Part shown: positions 1 through 11,559 of the stretch, piece by piece | Numbering within the stretch: the first letter of the stretch is position 1 | Layout of the letters: each line of letters opens with the position of its first letter | Position numbers and translations under genes: made by a program | The notes under the pieces: model-generated | What the model saw: only the letters and a program-made list of their open reading frames with translations | Databases searched by the model: none | Told to the model about the DNA's origin: nothing | NCBI RefSeq assembly: GCF_006345805.1 | Contig: NW_021833470.1 | Span: 1-28,839, forward strand | Source of the DNA: Octopus sinensis | Lineage: Eukaryota | Direction of reading: 5' to 3' | DNA length: 28,839 nucleotides

Positions 1-61
1 GATAGATAGACATATTGAGGAATAAAAATATATGCACACATATATATCAATATATATATAT

Positions 62-105
<44 letters not shown>

Positions 106-379
106 TGCGTGCATACCTGCAGCATATCATACACTCCACAAACACACGCGTATATAGAGGGAAATAACGTCAGATTCATGTATATCATTATTGTGGCGGT
201 AGTGGTGGTGGTGGTGGGTGGCGCTGCTGCTGCTGCTGCTGCTGCATCTGTATAGCACAGTTTTTACATGCTGTTATTCTACAAGTCTATGCCCGTAACT
301 TTTTTTACCGAATTTTTTCGGTATGTCTTGGGGGGGGGGTTCTTTGGGTGGGGGGTCGTTCCCGTTGTTGTCTTTTCAG

Positions 380-1569
380 CTTGTTCGTCACATATTCAGA
401 AAAGAAAATCCTTCAAACTTCTGTATCTTCCATAATTAGGGAAAAAACAAATACTCCTCCGTCCCATCCCGACGAGTCGACTACAAAAATATCAAGCATA
501 AACGTTACCAGAGTCTAACTTCAGCACATAGAATTGTGGTCGAAATCAGCCCTTATAGACATTGTTGCAATCGTCAGAAATGTTTGCGAAGGAAATGTTG
601 CGAAGGAAAGAAATTCGACTTTTTCAGAATATTTTTCACATAAATTTTGCTGTAACACCATCACCAACAAAAGCAGTAGTTCCACGAACAGTAAAACCAC
701 AATAACCCCTAGTTACAGTCGCAACATGTCAAGTAATAAGAGAAACAATCGCAACAGATGCAACAGTATAAGGGTTAGCTTCAATAACAGACCTTATTTC
801 GTTATTTTCAGTGGACAGGATTTTCCAACTCTGTCATTTTCAAGGGAGAGCAACCATAATAGTAACAATAACGATAGCAACAACAACGTCACCGTCGATC
901 CGAGGACGGAAATGAGGAGAGAAAGAAAATTAGTAACACAAATATCAATACCACCAACAACATCATTATCATCATCATTACCATTATTTCTACAATTGTA
1001 GTAACGACTGGTAAACTGTTTTCTCCATCATTTTGTCGAATACCAATGCCACTTCCGCTACCACTAAAAACAAGATTTCTTCTGCACCTTTCAATAGTTC
1101 CACCACTACCACCACCTTTGCAACATTCACTGAGGTCACAACAACAGCAGCAGCCGTTCAAGAATTTGAACCTGGAGATCTCCATTTCCAGTGACTTCGA
1201 GGGTCACCTCCCAGTGGTGTCGAGCGTCAACGAAGAGCCCTCGACAACAACAAGACGACCAAAGTTTTTTTTTTTCCAAGGTCTGGGGTCTCCCGCCCCT
1301 AAGCCCTAGACAATCACCTAATCACCCTTACCCGTCTTGTTGCTTAACAACAACAACAACAACAGCAGCAGCAGAAGCACTGTGAACAAAATTTACAGCA
1401 AAAGCGCTATAAAGTTAGACACGTTTGCGGGAGCTGTAAATTTAATTCTCTCTGGAAGAGAAACAAACAGACCGCACAGAGACTCCCAAATGCAAAGAGA
1501 GCCACATTACCAATGCCATTAGAGCTCTTCCTGAAGAAAATGATCAAGGGAAATGATTCAAGAGAACAG
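380..1569 (+). other. Putative long 5'-leader exon of an unidentified gene
   Basis: Non-repetitive, CpG-rich block. Pyrimidine-rich acceptor-like ttgttgtcttttcag ends at 379, and donor-like cag|gtatgt lies at 1569/1570. About seven upstream ATGs; no single ORF spans the block. Confidence 0.4.
1513..1569 (+). CDS. Candidate first coding segment MPLELFLKKMIKGNDSREQ (phase-0 donor); product unknown
   Basis: ATG at 1513 (second in-frame ATG at 1540 in better context, gaaaATG) runs 19 codons open to cag|gtatgt. An ATG at 1553 in another frame is also possible. No protein family recognised. Confidence 0.3.
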
Positions 1570-1724
1570 GTATGTGTGTGTGTTTAGATTAAACACCCGC
1601 ATGTACAAAATGTCTTATATATGTTCATGTGAAAAAGTACTTGAGAGGAAATTTGAAATGACAATGGTACGACAATACAGATAGCTAAAATTGGAGTCTT
1701 TCTCATTTATCAGCTTCGTTTTTC

Positions 1725-1900
1725 CTTTATTAGACTGAGGCGATACTGGGCTACCGCCTTGAAGAATTTAGTCGAACTCGACCCCTGTATTGCCGAACCG
1801 GTGAGTTATGTGAATGCAAACAAGCCAACACCGGTTCTTAGATGGTAGGGAAACAAACATAAACACAAAGACATGAACACATATACATGTATGTGTGTGC
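1725..1900 (-). mobile_element. tRNA-derived SINE family A, 3' half
   Basis: Matches the reverse complement of the 3' body of the copies at 5137 and 24057 (ttagtcgaa..gacccc, gccgaaccg..agtta). Confidence 0.6.
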
Positions 1901-1915
1901 GTGCATGCGTACGTA

Positions 1916-1962
<47 letters not shown>

Positions 1963-2753
1963 TATACAGGTTGGGTCAGTTTTTTTAGGACACCTGTTTC
2001 GGGGGTTATAACTTTCTTCCAACGTTTTCTTTACCTTATGTTTCAGAAAAATATTACCAAACATCAGGTTGACTCAGCGAATGAAAAGGAATGCTTTAAT
2101 CATTGCCTTAAGAGCACAGCATAGTGATACAGAGATAGCTTGCTTCATGAAAGCTGCCAATTCTTTGTTGTCAAAGTTGAAGCTACTAGTGGTGATCCAA
2201 AATCAGCAACTAAACGCAAAACGAATGCGCAGTCCTAATGCCATCAGAACACTTTGTATAAAAAGTCTAAGAAATAATCTAAATCTAAAAAATAATCGAC
2301 AAAAATCCTGGTAAATCAATCAGAGCCATTGGAAAGGACCTCAAAGTTTCAGAATATACCATCAAAAGAGATTTGTATGAGGATATATGGTGCAAATCGT
2401 ATATGATGCGAAGGGGCCAGTTTATGTCAAACGTGACAAGAGAGAATCGTTTGACCTGTGCAAGTTAAAATATCAGGAGATTCGAATGCTTTGGTCCTTC
2501 TCCGATGATAAAAACTTTCATTAGGATCAAGAGTAAGCTGAAGGAACGACAGATGTTTATGCAGAGAATCAAATGAGGTTCCAAAGGTCATCTATACTAA
2601 ATTCCCAGCAACTGTGATGATTATGAGAGTCGTCAGCAACGACGGAAATATCATGTCTCTTCACTTTATTTCACAGATTTTAAGAGTCTTTGCCAGGTGT
2701 CTTGGGGAAATTTCGAACATGGGTTCTCATTCCTAAGGTGTTTTTCGATGTTG

Positions 2754-2852
<99 letters not shown>

Positions 2853-3345
2853 TATTATTCAGGTCAGTTACTTGGAATCAAACTCGGAACCTTGGGGTTA
2901 GTAGCCTGCGCTATTAACCACTACGCCATATGCCCGTAAATACTGTAAATAATGCACATAATTCCTCATCTCTTAAATATAGAACTATATTAACCAACAA
3001 TATGTCCAGAATTGTTAAAGATCAGATGATTTGGACATATCAAAGCTTTCAACCCGGGGTTAAAGCAGCCATTGATGCTTTGATTTGATGTGATTAAGGA
3101 TTCTCAAGATTATTTGTACCAATTTCTTTTCAAATACTGCTTTTCTTTGATGAGCTATGCCTCTTTTTCAAAATTCTTACAAATGACGTAACTTCATACA
3201 AATGACCATGTATTTATTCTTCAGCTTGTAATAACAAACATTGTAATTTTTTATTATTTTAAACATTCATTTATATTTCAGTTGCTGATGAACTGGTAGG
3301 TATCTAATTTTTTTTACAATATCTGGTGTGGAAACACATATACAA
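1963..3345 (+). mobile_element. Degenerate maT/DD37D-type Tc1-mariner transposon, interrupted by an insertion at ~2690-2990
   Basis: Frameshifted translation gives MKRNALIIALRAQHSDTEIACF, MLWSFSDDKNF and RNDRCLCRESNEVPKVIYTKFPATVMIMRVVSNDGNIMSLHF, typical of maT transposase. An AAIDA-like C-terminus lies near 3065. Outer boundaries are approximate. Confidence 0.8.
2757..2937 (-). mobile_element. Short tRNA-derived SINE/tRNA pseudogene with (AAT)n tail
   Basis: Minus strand gggcatatggcgtagtggttaatagcgcaggctactaaccccaaggttccgagtttgattcc has A-box and B-box motifs, followed directly by ~100 bp of (AAT)n. Confidence 0.7.
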
Positions 3346-3687
3346 GATATGTCTAAATAAAAATTTTTTAATAGTTTGTTTTATATAACTATATATATGT
3401 ATAGTTATATATATATATATATTATATATATATATATTATATATATATAGATATATATATATATATAATATAATATATATATGTATAGTATATATATATA
3501 TATTACAAAATTAGAGAATGGAGAAATAACTTAAATCATTAAAACACAACTATCCGATGATACTCATCCATACTTTAATACACCATTACATATGAGTAAA
3601 GGCAATACATAAAATGAAATGAGATATACAGTAATAGTAACAGATAAAGAGATATAAGTAAAAAATTTTCAAATATAATATGCAAAT

Positions 3688-3810
3688 AAATCAAAACTGA
3701 CAGCTGTTTCGGCAGTGAGGACAGTCATACTCATTTAACCTATAAGCCATAAAGGCAGGTATAATGAGGCATTAACAAGGATGCCCCACGGCCTCTTCAG
3801 AGAATTAAAT
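3688..3810 (-). ncRNA. Type I hammerhead ribozyme motif (Penelope pLTR/retrozyme-like)
   Basis: Minus strand CUGAAGA, then stem II GGC-C-GUGGGG/CCUCAC-U-GCC with a long loop, then GAA-ACAG-CUGU-C (palindromic stem III, GUC site). Stem I is weak. Confidence 0.65.
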
Positions 3811-4142
3811 TAAATTGTTATAATAGTGAAAATATTATACAATCATATACATATAAATATAATATAAAAATGTAAAATATAAAAACTTATACATCATAAA
3901 GCTACACTTATATAATATAATACACATTTGTACAAAAAAGGAAGGTAACAGAACAAAAAAACAAAATATATAATAGTGTATATATTAATATCAATAAGTA
4001 CCGATATTACATATTTGGCTAATAGTTTTTTTTTTATATATATATAAAAAAAAGGCTAACATATATGGAGATGAAAAATAATAATTAAATCCGTGGTACA
4101 GTTCATAAGATTCTAAAGCTATAAAAGTTAATAAAATTACTA

Positions 4143-4210
4143 TTAATAATAATAATAATAATATAATAATAATATAATAATAATAATAATAATATAATAA
4201 AAAATATAAT
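4143..4210. repeat. (AAT)n microsatellite
   Basis: Direct reading. Confidence 0.9.
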
Positions 4211-4259
4211 AAAAAATAGATACAGTTAAGTTAGCACCAAGTCCATCCTTACAAGATCG

Positions 4260-4299
<40 letters not shown>

Positions 4300-4486
4300 A
4301 TCATATATATATATATATAATCCTGTTGTGCATCTTATATATATTAGACAAAATGAGATAACAAAACCAAGGCTGTAAGGAGTTTTCAGAACATTTATAA
4401 GGAAAAAGATATAGATATATTTCGTTTTTGGATTTGGTTTCCAAGATTCTTCATATGAGTTCGTATGTTGAAGCATATTCTTTTGT

Positions 4487-4600
4487 GTCTGGGGAGAGTC
4501 ATTTTCATTTTGTGCCTTATAACTTAACACACTCAGTGGAAATTTTACCGGTGAGTGTGTTAAATTATAAGGTACAAAAAGAAAATTACTCTCTCCAGAC
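4487..4600. repeat. Foldback palindrome, 49-bp arms and 16-nt loop
   Basis: 4487-4535 versus the reverse complement of 4552-4600: 44/49 identical, ungapped. Confidence 0.9.
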
Positions 4601-5136
4601 CAAACAGGATATAGATATAGTCTTACAGCTATTTCTGGGATATTATGGATATCCTTTCATCAGAGACGATGTGAGATGGTTAAACAGAGCTAAATTTTTG
4701 AGTTCGACATAAGGAATCATTATGGAGAAGGAGTAGATAGGAAGTATAGAGTGAAATAAGAGAATGAAAGTAGAAAAAAAATATATAATTTATAAAGATA
4801 TTATAGCTGCAGTTCTATTATTCGAAGAAAGTGGTGTATAGAAATGGTAAAAAAAAATTTCTTGTATACGGTATGTAAGTTCCAATAGTAGTTCATGTTT
4901 AATCATTTCAAAGTGCATGCTAATACAAGACCCACATTAGACTCCTCACTCATATCACTATCGAATCAAGAGTTTAACTACAGTACCTGCTACTTTTTGG
5001 GTCTTCTAGATACCAATAACTCTCATATATATTATATACCCAGGTTTATTCCCCCTTTTTAGGAGTGGGTGGTCACAACAAGACACACACCAGGCATTCC
5101 ATTCATTCCCCAGCTATATAATATATCATATACTTA

Positions 5137-5478
5137 GCGTGGTTGTGTGCTAAGAAGCTTGCTTCCCAACCATATGGTTCCGGGTTCAGTCCACTGCGTG
5201 ACACCTTGGATAGGTATATTCTACTATAGCCTCGGGCCGACCAAAGCCTTGTGAGTGGATTTGGTAGACGGAAACTGAAAGAAGCCCGTCGTATGTATAT
5301 GTGCATCAGTATTTGTGTATGTCTGTTTCTCCCCCCACCACCATCGATTGACAACCAATGCTGGTGTGTCTATGTCCCTTTAACTTAACGGTTCGGTACA
5401 AGTAACCGATAGAATAGGTACTAGGCTTACAAAGAATTTCTTCGACTAAAGGTAGTGCTCCAGCATGGCTGACTGGCC
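5137..5478 (+). mobile_element. tRNA-derived SINE family A, near full length
   Basis: Head gtgtgctaagaagcttgcttcccaaccatatggttccgggttcagtcc (B-box-like), with body shared by at least six other copies in the window. Confidence 0.85.
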
Positions 5479-5550
5479 TACAAGGTGTCTTGTAGTGGAA
5501 CTGAATCTGAAACCACGCAGCAGCAACGTCAGCTTTCTTAACCACATGCC
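5479..5550 (-). mobile_element. SINE family A head, inverted against the previous copy
   Basis: Reverse complement ggcatgtggttaagaaagct...ttcagttccactacaagacaccttg aligns to 5140-5210. Confidence 0.6.
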
Positions 5551-6058
5551 TGTACTTATACTGGAAAATTTCTCTTGCAAAATGTAGGGAAGATTTTTCT
5601 TGCAAATTAGTCAACAGGTTCTCGTGAGCAAAATAAAATCATCATAATCCGATCTTTGATGGATCTTGATTACTGCATACGCTTCAATTTTGGGCAGATG
5701 CATGTTTTTTTCTTTCGTTTTTTCTGGGTTTTTTCACATTTTGCTATTTGATGAAGCAGGACTTTATCACTGACCAAGATCTTCTGTTGCACGCGATTCT
5801 CAGCATGAGAGATAGATTGCCGTGAAAGACTGAAGTAGGATCTGATATATTGGAGGTACCGAGTTACTAGCAGCAGATAAATCATCGAGTGTTGGTGGTC
5901 TTCCATTATGAACGTTATGCTAATACGCCAAACACACTTTAATCTTTGTTGTCTTCTATCTCAACTAGCAGTAGACGAAGAATTTTTGGTTAATGGCATA
6001 TAAGACTCAGTGTTTTAAATTTTATGTTCGAGGCTATTTAAATCAATAAATTTAAACA

Positions 6059-6240
6059 TAGGCATGGGTGTATGCTAAGAAGCTTGCCTCCCAACCATGT
6101 GGTCTTGGATTTCGTCCCACTGAGCGGCACCTTGGGCAAGTGTCTTCTACTGTAATCATGAGCCGACCAAAGCCTCATGAGCGAATTTGTAGACAGAAAC
6201 TGAAAGAAAACCGCCATGTGTGTCTGCGTGTGTGTGTTGC
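6059..6240 (+). mobile_element. SINE family A, 5' half
   Basis: ctaagaagcttgcctcccaaccatgtgg...ggcaccttgggcaagtgtcttctac...gaaactgaaagaa. Confidence 0.8.
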
Positions 6241-7089
6241 GTTTTCAATTTTTTTACGTTAATAATAAAGAAGTTACAAGCATTTAAAGTTATGTAATTT
6301 TAACCGATCGAAAACCTCCATTGCCGATGTTGTCATGGAAATGAGCATACACAGCAAAGACGAAACCTTTGCGTGATCTCTTGATTTCCTAGAAGCAGCA
6401 GCCAACCCTTCCTTAAACTGCACCCTAACGTCTAAGGAAAACGAGTCGACATACATATTTTATAACGGACTCCGTACCACCGATTTTCTCGGCAAAATAG
6501 GAATAACGGCGACCCGTCTGAGAAATAAGCTGCCGTGAGGTGGAGTGGCTGCTGTAGCCAGTGTCGCTGGCCATTCTCTACAGCAAAGCCATTGCAATCA
6601 TTACCGTGGGGCGTAGCTGAACTCACCATTTGTTCTGGGCTATGTGGCCCATTGCCCCCATGCCTTCCATCTTCTGCTGCCCACTTTTTTCTTTTCTTTT
6701 TTTTCTTTCTTATCTCTTTTTTCCTGCTTTTTTGTACTTAAATGTTATAATTTATGAATTTTTTATTTCAATAAAAACTGCTTTTAGTGGTCTTTTTTAT
6801 AACGTAGTTGAAGAGACTGGAATTTCATTCATAGTTCGAGCTCTAACGATTCTGCCAGCTCACCGTTTATTTTTTTTTTTAATCTATACTTAATAACTGC
6901 TTCAGCCTCAGTTTATGATTGTTACGGAGAGCAACGGATCAGGATTAAGAATCATCAGATTATATATCATGGCACTACAAGACTGGAATTATTATAATGA
7001 AAACCTACCATCTTTAGTTGGTGTACAACACTCACATAACACACCCAGAATACATAACCAGACATGCGCTCACCCGATCCTTCCCTTTA

Positions 7090-7215
7090 TCCAATTTTCC
7101 TCTTGATTCATTCACAAGGTTTGTGTCCATCAAAGACTTTTATAGTGCCTTGAAGTAGAACTGAATTCAAAATCATTTCGACGAGGATTCTTCTTCTTAA
7201 CCATCAGGTCATGTC
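7090..7215 (-). mobile_element. Degraded SINE family A head
   Basis: cacaaggtttg...gtgccttgaagtagaactgaattcaaaatc...ttcttaaccatc resembles the reverse-complemented head. Confidence 0.45.
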
Positions 7216-7242
7216 AACACCCACTGTTGTTGCTGCTTCTGT

Positions 7243-7244
7243 AA

Positions 7245-7275
<31 letters not shown>

Positions 7276-7276
7276 T

Positions 7277-7307
<31 letters not shown>

Positions 7308-7350
7308 CTGTTGTTGTTACTGTTGTTGTTGCTGTTGTTGCTGTTGTTGC
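7243..7350. repeat. (GTA)n/(GTT)n compound microsatellite
   Basis: Direct reading. Confidence 0.9.
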
Positions 7351-7359
7351 TGCTGCTGT

Positions 7360-7461
7360 TTTTTAATGTTTTCTCTTTCTCTCTCACGGAACAGATCTTT
7401 TCTCTCTCTTTCTGCTTCTCTTGCCCTCTCTGCAACAGTCATCTCACCCACACTCTCTCTT

Positions 7462-7492
<31 letters not shown>

Positions 7493-8414
7493 GTAATCCT
7501 CTTTTTCTCTCTCTTCCCAGTCTCTCTCCCTCTCTCCTTTCTGTTACGCTCTCTCTTTCCCTCTCTCTTCTCTCTCTCTCTCTCTGTCTCCTTTCCTCTT
7601 TTTCTCTCCCTTCCCCAGTCTCTCTCTCCCTCTCCCCTCTCTTTCCCTCTCTCTCTCTCTTTGTCTTCTTTCCTCTTTTCTCTCTTTCTTCCCCAGTCTC
7701 TCTCTCTCCCTCTCCCCTCTCTTTCCCTCTCTCTCTCTCTCTCTTTGTCTTCTTTCCTCTTTTCTCTCTTTCTTCCCCAGTCTCTCTCTCTCACTCTCCC
7801 CTCTCTTTCCCTTTCTCTCTCTCTCTCTGTCTCCTTTCCTCTTTTTCTCTCCCTTCCCCAGTCTCTTTCTCACTCTCCCCTCTCAGTTACGCCCTCTCTT
7901 TCCCTCTCTGTCCATTTCCTTCTCTCTCCTTCTCACTATCCCGCTCCCTCTCTCTTTCCTTCTCTCTTTCTCCTCCTCTTCTTCTCCCTCTCTCTCCTTC
8001 TCCCGAGTCGTTATTGCACATCTTACTCTTTCACTATTGCCTCTATTATCATTATATAAAATATTTCCATAATTCTGTGTTCGTTTCCAGTTCCACAACT
8101 AAATCAGACTTACCAAGTCTGCTTAAATTCTTCACATTAGGCCAATCAAAACAGAACTTCCCTAATTATATGTCTATAGAATTGAAGCAGTTGGCAAAAA
8201 TTTCTATAAATATTCTTAAAAACTCCTGTAATCACTCTCCCTCTCTCTCTCTCTCTCTTCCCCTTTCTCTCCTTGTCTCTCTCTCTCTTTACTTTCCTCA
8301 CTCTATCTTTCTTCCCTCTATTTCTCCTTCATTCTTCGCTGTTTCCTTCATCTCTTTCCTCATCTCTCAATATATCTGTAGACCTTTCAGAATTCTCTCG
8401 CTTTCTCTCTCTCA

Positions 8415-8452
<38 letters not shown>

Positions 8453-8580
8453 CTTTATTTCATATTTCCCAATCCTTCCATTTCCTCTCTATCTCTGTTC
8501 TATCTCCTCTTTTTTTATTCCTTCTCCATAGAACTTTTTCTCCATAAAACTCCTTACTCTTTCTAATATTTTCTCTCCTT
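7360..8580. repeat. Polypyrimidine (CT)-rich tract with an ~80-95 bp degenerate minisatellite (7500-7900)
   Basis: Recurring ttccccagtctctctc...tttgtcttctttcctctttt units. The tract explains ORFs 7366..8547 and similar. Confidence 0.85.
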
Positions 8581-8649
8581 CATTACACTAAAATATGAAT
8601 ATACATACTCTTTTATCCTTATATTCTTTTACTTGTTTCACTCATTACA

Positions 8650-8703
8650 TATATATGTGCGCGTGTGTATGTGTGTGTAGTTATATATGTATATAGATAT
8701 ATA

Positions 8704-8740
<37 letters not shown>

Positions 8741-9135
8741 AGAGAGAGAGAGAGAGAGGGAGATGTATGTATATATATGTGTATGTGTGTGTATGTATAC
8801 ATTCATACACATATATGCACACGCACATCAACACACACGCATACTCATGTGTATGCCTATGTATCTTACTACTATCCACTAACCCTTCTCACTCCGCTGC
8901 CCACTACTCACTCCTCTCTCTATCTCTCTCTTACACATGTACACACACATACACACACACACAAATACACACACACACATACACACACACACACACACAC
9001 ACATCTTCTGGCAGCAGATATTCATAGAAATGCAATTCTAGGTTCATGTGAACACCAATTATTTGATACTCCGCACGCACACTCACACACACACACACAC
9101 ACACACACAACACACACATACACATACACTAACCA
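8650..9135. repeat. Mixed (TA)/(GA)/(CA) microsatellite cluster
   Basis: Direct reading. Confidence 0.8.
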
Positions 9136-9449
9136 GTAACACCACCATCCACTATATTTCTTCGAGTCAATGAGGAAGCCTCAACATATTCGTTCGACCT
9201 GCTCGAAATAGCAATAAAATGTCCCTCAAATCACATCCTAACGGCTTAAGATAAATACGCATCAGAGAATGTAGTCCTACATACTCCTGAAAACACTGAA
9301 TGGTCACGAATGGAATGTCTTGATATCTGTTCAAACAGGTAAACCTGTGACTAAACAACAACTATTACTTCAGAAATGTTGATGACCTAGCTGTCTTTCC
9401 ATAGCAAGGACGGGTAATGTCTTAGAATATTAAGAAAAGCATTTGTATT

Positions 9450-9712
9450 TGGACGTCCTGTGATGAGAGGAGGTCACAAATGGAGACAAATACATCGCAA
9501 TGGAGAACGGTGAAGAGAAAAGTGCGCTCTAAACAAAGAAAAGTCTGTAATGCAGGTAGAGAATGTTTCCAAATGCAGCCGCTGCCTACGAGACTGCCAC
9601 TCCCGTGTCGGCCTGTACAACGACAGCAGATGTTGCACCACCTTCTGCAGCTGACACAGATTGTCCGGGCATAGACCCATGGTCTCTCGAGACCGACGAA
9701 TACCTATTATTA

Positions 9713-9793
<81 letters not shown>
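9450..9793 (+). mobile_element. RTE-clade LINE 3' end with (TAT)n tail
   Basis: KCSRCLRDCHSRVGLYNDSRCC matches the RTE C-terminal zinc finger (C..C.RDCHSRIGLYSH.R.C). It is followed by catggtctctcgagaccgacgaatacct and ~90 bp of (TAT)n. Confidence 0.85.
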
Positions 9794-10550
9794 TAAGAAA
9801 AGGCCCAATATATAACTTTAACGTGTATATTTTCAAAATAACCATCCAAACAAACCTATCTGCAACAAATTTCTGGGACAGGAAAATACCACTACAGAAA
9901 AAATACCACTTTCTTCAGAAAAGCTAATAAATGCTGCATTATGAAAGTACACATACTGACCAATCACCATAAATCACTTACAGTTTCATCGATAACATAA
10001 GCTGGAAAATTTCTGCAATATATGATGTTATTTCCACAATAGAAAAATGACAATCTTTCAGAAAAAAACGAATAGATGCTATAATATATAAACCAAGCAT
10101 TCTGACCATCCAGCGTAAATAATTAACAATTTAGTAGACAACATGGACCGAAGTATTTCTGCAAGATCATCCATTATTTCCCCTATTATGCTTGTATTTT
10201 ATCTCTTTAGCCTTTTTTTTTCTCTATCAAATGTACTTAGGCAGGACGCCGTATTACTTCTGTTAACGTTTTGGACTGAGTATATATGTTTGTGTGTGTG
10301 TGTGAAGCATCTAATGTTTCACTGTTGCACCGTCTTCTTTTCAAATTGTTCTTCTTGCATAATGTTGTTTTATAGATAATGTTGTCATTTTCGAGCAGTA
10401 TTTTTACTTTACGGGTATAGCCTTCGTTCACTGAAGTTGCATCTACTTTAGACTATAGGCTGAATGTTCTTTAGAATCTATATAACAGTTTAATTTTGGG
10501 TACCACCCGTGGCTAACTTTTATATCGTTATTATTGATTGACTTGTGGCG

Positions 10551-10588
<38 letters not shown>

Positions 10589-10619
10589 TATATATATATA
10601 TATACATATATATATACAC

Positions 10620-10824
10620 ATACATATAAGAGGGATAACCTCTAAGTGGACATCCATATGCTAGAAGTCGACTCCCTATGGTCTTACCACTAAGAAAGGA
10701 ATGTTCTCAAGAAAATTTTGCAAACGCCAGAATGTAGCAAGACAATTGAAAAGATACAAAATATACAGGGGCTCGACTTCTAGCATATGGATGTCCACTT
10801 AGTGGTCATCCCTCTTATATGTAT
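10620..10824. mobile_element. MITE-like element with 52-bp terminal inverted repeats in (TA)n
   Basis: 10620-10671 versus the reverse complement of 10773-10824: 50/52 identical, with TA-rich flanks. Confidence 0.85.
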
Positions 10825-10920
10825 ATAATATGATTTTTCTGAATCTTCAGATTTTTCTATATGCTAGACCACTGGTTTTAAATTGATATTAATCAAATTA
10901 ATATTCAATTTTTCACCTTA

Positions 10921-10965
<45 letters not shown>

Positions 10966-11156
10966 ATTTCCAGAAATGGTTCTGACGAAGGTAACATTAA
11001 TTTCTTAGGTCGTTCAATTTACTTCAATTGATCAATAGACCGGTTGGTAAACCCGTCAGTAATGTACTTATAATGACAAATGTGTAAGCTAAATTTAGTC
11101 AAATAAAGGAATTATATGTAATTCCCATTATTTTCATAATGTTATATAATATATCT

Positions 11157-11460
11157 AGTTGAGGCACATGGCCTAGTGGTTAGAGCAGCGGACTCGCGGT
11201 TGAGGAATCGCGGGTTCGAATCTCAGACCTGGCGATGTATGTGTTTATGAGCGAAACACCTAAGCTCCACGTGACTCAGGCAGAAGGTAATGTAGAACTT
11301 TTGCTAACTCTTTTACCACAACTTTCTCTCACTCTTTCCTCCTGCATCTTGCAGCTCACTTGCGACGGACCGGCGTCCCATCCAGGTGAGGAACCTATAC
11401 ACCAAGGAAACCGGGAAACCAGCCCTTATGAACCAGGCATGGCTCGAGAAGGAACAAACA
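11157..11460 (+). mobile_element. tRNA-derived SINE family B, full length
   Basis: A-box tggcctagtggtt, B-box gggttcgaatc, central gcgacggaccggcgtcccatccagg domain, and tail ccgggaaaccagcccttatgaacc...gagaaggaacaaac. Confidence 0.85.
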
Positions 11461-11559
11461 TATAATATATATGATACAATTTTTTGTCCAAATGTTGCTG
11501 AATTGTTTATTTTTTATTTTAATATATAATGTATAAACATTAAATGTTTATTCTCTATT

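Noticed and set aside
534-1001. 155-aa Asn/Ser-rich ORF
   Set aside because: Starts at a non-ATG codon, is low-complexity, has no recognisable domain and ends well before the donor. Treated as leader sequence.
3282-3299. Apparent micro-exon (tttcag|ttgctgatgaactg|gtag)
   Set aside because: Lies within the 3' part of the maT transposon. The 18-nt version has an in-frame stop after the candidate first exon.
4330-4960. Possible Penelope RT remnant next to the 3.7-kb HHR
   Set aside because: Only a KGYP-like word is recognisable, which is not enough to call.
5560-6680. Possible old DNA-transposon relic and hAT-like terminus (ggggcgtagct...cattgccccc)
   Set aside because: No catalytic motif recognised and no partner TIR found.
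7366-8547. 393-aa ORF and overlapping L/S/R/E-rich ORFs
   Set aside because: Artefacts of the (CT)-rich tract.
10978-11045. Plus-strand CUGACGA-AGG...GACCGGU hammerhead-like motif
   Set aside because: Lacks GAAA and a clear stem II closure.
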